This document shows, in pieces, positions 58,891 through 64,000 of a stretch of DNA of 64,000 bases. Origin of the DNA: an uncultured Gemmatimonadales bacterium (GTDB taxonomy: Bacteria; Gemmatimonadota; Gemmatimonadetes; Longimicrobiales; RSA9); the NCBI GenBank assembly GCA_963798845.1, contig CAWCUS010000001.1:1-64000 (forward strand), in the 5' to 3' direction. Both the position numbers and the translations under genes were made by a program. Position 1 is the stretch's first letter. Every line of letters starts with the position of its first letter. Under the pieces are notes generated by a model that saw nothing but the letters and a program-made list of their open reading frames with translations, was not told the DNA's origin and did not search any database.

Positions 58891-59706
58891 ATGACCAAAC
58901 GCCAGACACGCCTTTTCTTCCTGGGCGGCACCCTTCTGTTCGCGCTGATCTTCGCCGCGCTGACGTACGACAGTCACCGGCAGTTCCCGGCGCTGACGCA
59001 CTCGGACCGGCTGACGCCGGAGGTGGCGGCGGGGTTCGAGGTGTGGCACCGGTTCGACTGCGTGAACTGCCACACGCTTCTGGGCGAGGGCGCGTACTAC
59101 GCGCCGGACCTGACGAACATCGCGTCGCAGCGTGGTGCGGCGTACCTGAAGCAGTTCCTGAAGGACCCGAGCCGGTTCTATTCGGAGGAGCAGGACCGGC
59201 GGCTGATGCCGACGCTGGACCTGAGCGATCGTGAGATCGACGAGGTCGTCGCGTTTCTCGCCTGGGTGGACGGCATCGACACGAATGGCTGGCCGCCGCG
59301 TCCGCTCACCGTGCGGGGGGCGGCGGTGCCCGGGAGCGACGTGGGCGGCGCGGCGCCGAGCGCGGCGTCGTCGGATCCGGTGGCGCAGGGGGAAGCGCTG
59401 TTCGCGAGCTCGCCGCCCGGCTGCTTCACGTGCCACTCCACCACGAAGGGGGTCAGCATCGTGGGTCCGTCGCTCGCCGGCATTGCGACGAAGGCAGCGG
59501 AGATCGTGCGGAATCCGGACTACACGGGCTCCGCCGCGACCGCGGCCGACTACATCCGGGAGTCCATCCTGGAGCCGAGCGCGTACCTGGTGACGGGAGC
59601 GAACTACTCGACGAACGGCATGTCCATCATGCCGGGGAATTTCGGTGAACAGCTCGATTCGACGCAGGTGAGCCACCTGGTCCAGTACCTCCTGACCCTC
59701 CAGTAG
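58891..59706 (+). CDS. norC: Nitric oxide reductase cytochrome c subunit, diheme variant
   Basis: N-terminal TM helix, the NorC signature CVNCHTLLGEGAYYAPDL...RRLMP, and a second heme domain CFTCH...YIRESILEP...MP. Confidence 0.88.
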   Translation: MTKRQTRLFFLGGTLLFALIFAALTYDSHRQFPALTHSDRLTPEVAAGFEVWHRFDCVNCHTLLGEGAYYAPDLTNIASQRGAAYLKQFLKDPSRFYSEEQDRRLMPTLDLSDREIDEVVAFLAWVDGIDTNGWPPRPLTVRGAAVPGSDVGGAAPSAASSDPVAQGEALFASSPPGCFTCHSTTKGVSIVGPSLAGIATKAAEIVRNPDYTGSAATAADYIRESILEPSAYLVTGANYSTNGMSIMPGNFGEQLDSTQVSHLVQYLLTLQ

Positions 59707-59719
59707 GAGAGAGTAGACC

Positions 59720-61087
59720 GTGCGCTATCGCAGCCAGGCCGTTTCGTACTGGTACTTCGTCGTCGCGCTTCTGCTGTTCGGGCTGCAGATGGTATTCGGC
59801 CTGCTCTCGGCGGTGAAGTATCTGGGTCCCGATCCCCTGCTCCACGTGCTTCCGTTCGACGTGACGAAGGAGATGCACACGAACCTTCTCATCGTGTGGG
59901 TCCTCACGGGATTCATGGGCGCGGCGTTCTACCTGGTCCCTGAGGAGTCACGGACGGAGCTGTACAGTCCTCGGCTCGCGTACATCCAGCTCGGGATCTG
60001 GACGGCCGGGGGGGTGGCGATCCTCACCGGCTACCTGTTCGGCTGGACGGCGGGCAACAAGTTCCTGGAGCAGCCCTTCCCGCTCAAGCTGGTGATCGTG
60101 GCGGTCATGCTGATGTTCATGTACAACCTGGGAATGACCATCTGGAAGGCGGGCCGATGGACCACCACCGAGGCCGTGATGGTGGCCGGTCTGGTCTTCT
60201 CGGCGCTTCTGTATCTTCCCTCGCTGTTCACGTTCCACAACCTGACGGTCCAGCTCTTCTACCGCTGGTGGACGGTGCACCTGTGGGTGGAGGGCGTGTG
60301 GGAGATGATCCAGGGCGGGCTCCTTGCCTACCTGCTCATCCGGCTCTCGGGCGCGGACCGTGAGGTGATGGAGAAGTGGCTGTACGTGATCGTGGGCCTC
60401 ACGTTCATCGCGGGGATCCTGGGCACGGCCCACCACTACTACTGGCTGGGCGTGCCGCACTACTGGCTCCCCATCGGCGGGATCTTCAGCGCCCTCGAGC
60501 CCCTCGCCTTCCTCGGCATGGCCACGTATGCCTACCGCGCCATGCGCCGGAGCGGCTTTTCGCACCCGAACCGGCTCGCGGTCCACTGGACCGTGGGCAG
60601 CGCCATCTTCTCCGCGCTCGGGGCGGGCATCCTGGGGCTGGCCCACACCTGGCCGTCGGTGAACAGGTGGACGCACGGGACGCAGATCACGCCCATGCAC
60701 GGACACATGGCCTTCTTCGGCGCCTACGTCATGATCGTCCTGGCGCTCATCACGTACGCCATGCCCTCCCTCACCGGCCGCTCGGAGGAGGACTCCTACA
60801 ACGCGGTGGGCGTCTGGGCGTTCTGGCTCCAGGTGGGCGGCATGTTCGGCATGACCATGGCCTTCGCCGCGGCAGGCGTGGCCCAGACGTACCTCGAGCG
60901 GATCATGGGGATCGGCTTTCTCCCCACCCAGGACAAGATCCGCGTCCATTTCCTGATGCTGGTCGGCACCGGCGCGATCTTCGTCGTCGGCGTGGCGCTG
61001 TACCTGTTCGACTTCTTCTTCCTGAGCGGCTCGCCGAAGCCGGCGATCGCGGACGAGCCGGAGCCCGAGCCGGTGGCGGCGACATGA
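59720..61087 (+). CDS. norB: Cytochrome c-dependent nitric oxide reductase large subunit
   Basis: [37 protein letters not shown] and [10 protein letters not shown]. At 455 aa it has cNOR rather than qNOR length. Confidence 0.94.
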   Translation: MRYRSQAVSYWYFVVALLLFGLQMVFGLLSAVKYLGPDPLLHVLPFDVTKEMHTNLLIVWVLTGFMGAAFYLVPEESRTELYSPRLAYIQLGIWTAGGVAILTGYLFGWTAGNKFLEQPFPLKLVIVAVMLMFMYNLGMTIWKAGRWTTTEAVMVAGLVFSALLYLPSLFTFHNLTVQLFYRWWTVHLWVEGVWEMIQGGLLAYLLIRLSGADREVMEKWLYVIVGLTFIAGILGTAHHYYWLGVPHYWLPIGGIFSALEPLAFLGMATYAYRAMRRSGFSHPNRLAVHWTVGSAIFSALGAGILGLAHTWPSVNRWTHGTQITPMHGHMAFFGAYVMIVLALITYAMPSLTGRSEEDSYNAVGVWAFWLQVGGMFGMTMAFAAAGVAQTYLERIMGIGFLPTQDKIRVHFLMLVGTGAIFVVGVALYLFDFFFLSGSPKPAIADEPEPEPVAAT

Positions 61088-61983
61088 GGCCGGCGACGAA
61101 CGGGGCGGCTGCCCGCGGTCACACGGTTCCGGCGGAACCGGCCCAGCCCGGCCTGCCTCGCCCGCGCCCCGATGGCCCACGGAGTGCCCAGGGGCTGCGC
61201 TGGCCCGGAACGCACGCGCCGTACTACGAGGCGCTCGGCGACGAAGTGGCGATCTTCGAGAAGGCGCACGAGCGGGGGCTCGCCGTCATGCTGAAAGGGC
61301 CCACGGGATGCGGCAAGACGCGCTTCGTGGAGCACATGGCGTGGCGCCTGGGTCGGCCGCTGGTCACCGTCGCCTGCCACGACGACCTCTCGGCCAGCGA
61401 CCTCACCGGCCGGTACCTGGTGCGGGACGGCGCCACGGTGTGGCAGGACGGGCCGCTGACGCGCGCAGTGCGCGAGGGAGCGATCTGCTACCTGGACGAG
61501 GTCGTGGAAGCCCGGCAGGATACGGTGGTGGTGATCCATCCGCTGACCGACGACCGCCGCATGCTCCCGCTGGACCGGACCGGCGAGCTTGTCGATGCGG
61601 CGCAGGGGTTCCAGCTCGTCATCTCCTACAATCCGGGCTATCAGCACCTGCTGAAGGACCTGAAAACGAGCACGCGGCAGCGGTTCGTCTCGCTCCAATT
61701 CGACTTTCCGCCGCCGGAGGTGGAGCGTCGGGTCGTGCAGCACGAAGCGGGCGTGGACGCGCCCACCGCGGCCCTGCTCGTCACCCTCGCCACCCGGATC
61801 CGGAATCTCCGGGACCGGGGCCTGGTGGAGGTCCCGAGCAGTCGGCTGCTGGTGGCCACGGGGCGCCTCATCGCTTCGGGGATCGACCCCCGTGGCGCGT
61901 GTCGGGCCGCGCTCGTCGCGCCGCTTTCCGACGATCCCGACCTGCTGGCGGCCATCGACGATATCGTCGCCGCGAGCCTCTGA
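61084..61983 (+). CDS. norQ: NOR activation AAA+ ATPase (CbbQ/NirQ/NorQ)
   Basis: [34 protein letters not shown] and SYNPGYQ..LKDLK.STRQRF. Confidence 0.93.
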   Translation: MRPATNGAAARGHTVPAEPAQPGLPRPRPDGPRSAQGLRWPGTHAPYYEALGDEVAIFEKAHERGLAVMLKGPTGCGKTRFVEHMAWRLGRPLVTVACHDDLSASDLTGRYLVRDGATVWQDGPLTRAVREGAICYLDEVVEARQDTVVVIHPLTDDRRMLPLDRTGELVDAAQGFQLVISYNPGYQHLLKDLKTSTRQRFVSLQFDFPPPEVERRVVQHEAGVDAPTAALLVTLATRIRNLRDRGLVEVPSSRLLVATGRLIASGIDPRGACRAALVAPLSDDPDLLAAIDDIVAASL

Positions 61984-61998
61984 CGCGGCCGGCCCCCC

Positions 61999-64000
61999 GT
62001 GTCCGAGCCTGAGGAAGTCGTCATCGAAGCCGCCCACGCCGCCACCGGCGTGGCAGCCCGCGTGTGGCGCCGCCGGTCCGAGCAGGCGCGGGCCCGTGCG
62101 CTCCGGCTCGCGGAGGTGCGTTCCCGGCTCGAAGTCCTGCTCCACGCGCTTTTCCGCCGCCCCTTCGACATCGAGCCGGCGGAGCCGCCGCTGGCTCCGA
62201 ACTTCTTCCGTCGCGTGGCGGGCCGCGTCCCCCGGCACCTCGCCTGCCCGCCGCTGGTGGCGTGGAACGACGGTGACCGCATCGCGCTCCCGCCCGAGCT
62301 TCCCCGCCTCGGGCCCTGGCCCGGAGAGGCGCTCGACCTCTACCGGCTCCTGGCCGTCGAGCAGGCGGCCCGGGTCCGTCGTGGCACCGCGGTGGCGGCC
62401 GCGCTCGCTCCCGGCGCCCTGGTCCGCGACCTCTTCCTCCTGGCCGAGGCGCGCGCCATCGAGCACGCCCTGGCCTCGGAGCTCCCCGGGCTCGCGCCCG
62501 GCCTGGACGCCAGCCGGGCCGCCGCGGCCCGCGCCATCGTCGCGGCCCCGAGCGTCACGCTCTCCGCACCGGAGCGGTGGCTATCCGGCCTCCGGCTCGA
62601 AACCCTCGCGCGCGGTGCGGCGGATCCCGGCGGCTTCGTCCCGGCGACGGACGGTCCGGACGACTCCCTCCGCTGGGCGGTCCGCCACGCGCGCCGGCGC
62701 ACCGACGGAGCCGACTACCGCGGCCTGCCACCCGTTCCGCTCTGGGGGGACGTCCGCGTGCGCACCGCCCTGACCTCACACGAAGCCGTTCCATCTCCCG
62801 ACCGCCCGCTCACTCCGAGGCGCACGACCACGCTCCGTCGCCAGCCGAAGGTGCGCCCCGCTCTCCCGGACGAGGACGACGATCGTCCCGGCATCTGGGG
62901 GTTCCCTCATGACGACCCGCTGGAGACGGTGGAGGATCCGATGGGGCTGCAGCGGCCGGCGGACCGCGACGCGGACGCCGACGCAGGGGAGCTCGGCGAC
63001 GCCCTGGCCGACCTTCCCGAGGCCCGCCTCGTCCGCACCCCCGGTGAGGCCGCGGAGGTGCTCCGCGGCCCGGCCTCGCTCCGCCTGCTCCGGGGCGCCC
63101 GGGACGCGGACGGCGCGACGGGCATCGCCTACCCCGAGTGGGATTACCGCATGGACCGCTATGTCGAACGCGGGGCCGTCGTGCGCGTTCTCGAGGCCGG
63201 GCAGCTGGATGCCGCCTGGTCCCGACAGGCGCTGCGCAGGCACGCGCGCCTCATCGTGCAGATCCGGCGACGCTTCGAAAGCCTCCGCCTCGACCGCGTC
63301 CACGTCGGGCGTCAGCAGGACGGGCCCGAGGTGGACATCGCCGCCTACGTGCGCGCCTTCGCGGATCACGCCGCCGGCTCCGCCGCCGAGGACCGACTCT
63401 ACCGCAATGTCCGCCGCACGCGTCGCGAGCTCGCTCTCATGCTCCTCGTCGACGTGAGCGCATCCACCGATGCGTGGGTGAGCGGCGGCCAGCGGGTCAT
63501 AGATGTGGAGAAGGACTCCCTCCTCCTCGTGACGGAGGCGCTCTCAGCGCTGCGCGAGCGATTCGCGATCCTGGCGTTTTCGGGCGCCGGTCCCGAGCAC
63601 GTGGCCGTGCGGCGTCTCAAGGGTTTCCACGAGCCCGCCGGCGACGCCGTACACGGCCGCATCGGCGGGCTGCAGCCGGAACGCTTCACCCGCGTCGGTG
63701 CAGCCCTCCGCCATGCCTCCGCCCGCCTCGCCCGCGAGCCCGCCCGCCACCGGGTCCTCCTCCTGATCTCCGACGGAAAGCCCAACGACGACGACATCTA
63801 CGAGACCCGGTACGGCGTCGAGGACACCCGCCAGGCGGTGGCCGAAGCACGCCTGGAGGGCATCCACCCCTTCTGCATCACCGTGGACCGCGAGGCCTCG
63901 GGATACCTGCCCCGCATGTTCGGCGCGGGCAGCTACGCCGTGATCCGCCGCCCCGACCGCCTGCCGCATGTCCTGGTCGAGTTCGTCCGCCAGCTCCACC
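61999..64000 (+). CDS. norD: NOR activation vWA protein NorD (runs off the window end)
   Basis: GTG start (MSEPEEVVIEAAH...) with the frame open to the end. YPEWDYR, MIDAS motif DVSASTD, TRVGAALRH and LLISDGKPND...YGVEDTRQAV. It is absent from the ORF track because there is no stop in the window. Confidence 0.9.
   Translation, partial: MSEPEEVVIEAAHAATGVAARVWRRRSEQARARALRLAEVRSRLEVLLHALFRRPFDIEPAEPPLAPNFFRRVAGRVPRHLACPPLVAWNDGDRIALPPELPRLGPWPGEALDLYRLLAVEQAARVRRGTAVAAALAPGALVRDLFLLAEARAIEHALASELPGLAPGLDASRAAAARAIVAAPSVTLSAPERWLSGLRLETLARGAADPGGFVPATDGPDDSLRWAVRHARRRTDGADYRGLPPVPLWGDVRVRTALTSHEAVPSPDRPLTPRRTTTLRRQPKVRPALPDEDDDRPGIWGFPHDDPLETVEDPMGLQRPADRDADADAGELGDALADLPEARLVRTPGEAAEVLRGPASLRLLRGARDADGATGIAYPEWDYRMDRYVERGAVVRVLEAGQLDAAWSRQALRRHARLIVQIRRRFESLRLDRVHVGRQQDGPEVDIAAYVRAFADHAAGSAAEDRLYRNVRRTRRELALMLLVDVSASTDAWVSGGQRVIDVEKDSLLLVTEALSALRERFAILAFSGAGPEHVAVRRLKGFHEPAGDAVHGRIGGLQPERFTRVGAALRHASARLAREPARHRVLLLISDGKPNDDDIYETRYGVEDTRQAVAEARLEGIHPFCITVDREASGYLPRMFGAGSYAVIRRPDRLPHVLVEFVRQLH

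Overview
High-GC (~70%+) bacterial chromosomal window, densely coding. No rRNA, tRNA, CRISPR or transposase was recognised. A Gemmatimonadota-like lineage is a guess from GC, the CspA sequence and gene repertoire, and is not verified. Left to right: (1) a lower-GC curli amyloid module (one curlin, csgE, csgF, probable start of csgG) behind a candidate sigma54 promoter, next to an NtrC-type activator and a PAS/GAF histidine kinase; (2) a 25/26-bp hairpin tandem array, kup, an orphan gene with a near-perfect sigma54 promoter, pepE, a DASS transporter, cls and treYZ; (3) a TlpA-DsbA fusion and a complete Hyb-type (group 1c-like) [NiFe]-hydrogenase operon hybO-A-B-C-D-hypABFCDE; (4) assorted stress and redox genes (two saccharopine-dehydrogenase-like proteins, csp, FKBP, metallophosphoesterase, TlpA, aceK, a frameshifted Spy/CpxP-like gene, flavin reductase, SOD-like lipoprotein, trxC, ligD plus a stand-alone PolDom); (5) an ~18-kb same-strand respiratory supercluster of alternative complex III (actABCDEF and an actG-like gene), a type A2 caa3 oxidase and a cNOR (norCBQD). 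The most notable signals are the diheme NorC, whose extra heme domain resembles the caa3 subunit II electron-entry domain and which is encoded directly behind ACIII-caa3, and the apparently sigma54-controlled, compositionally foreign curli system. All calls come from motif recognition by eye; no searches were run.
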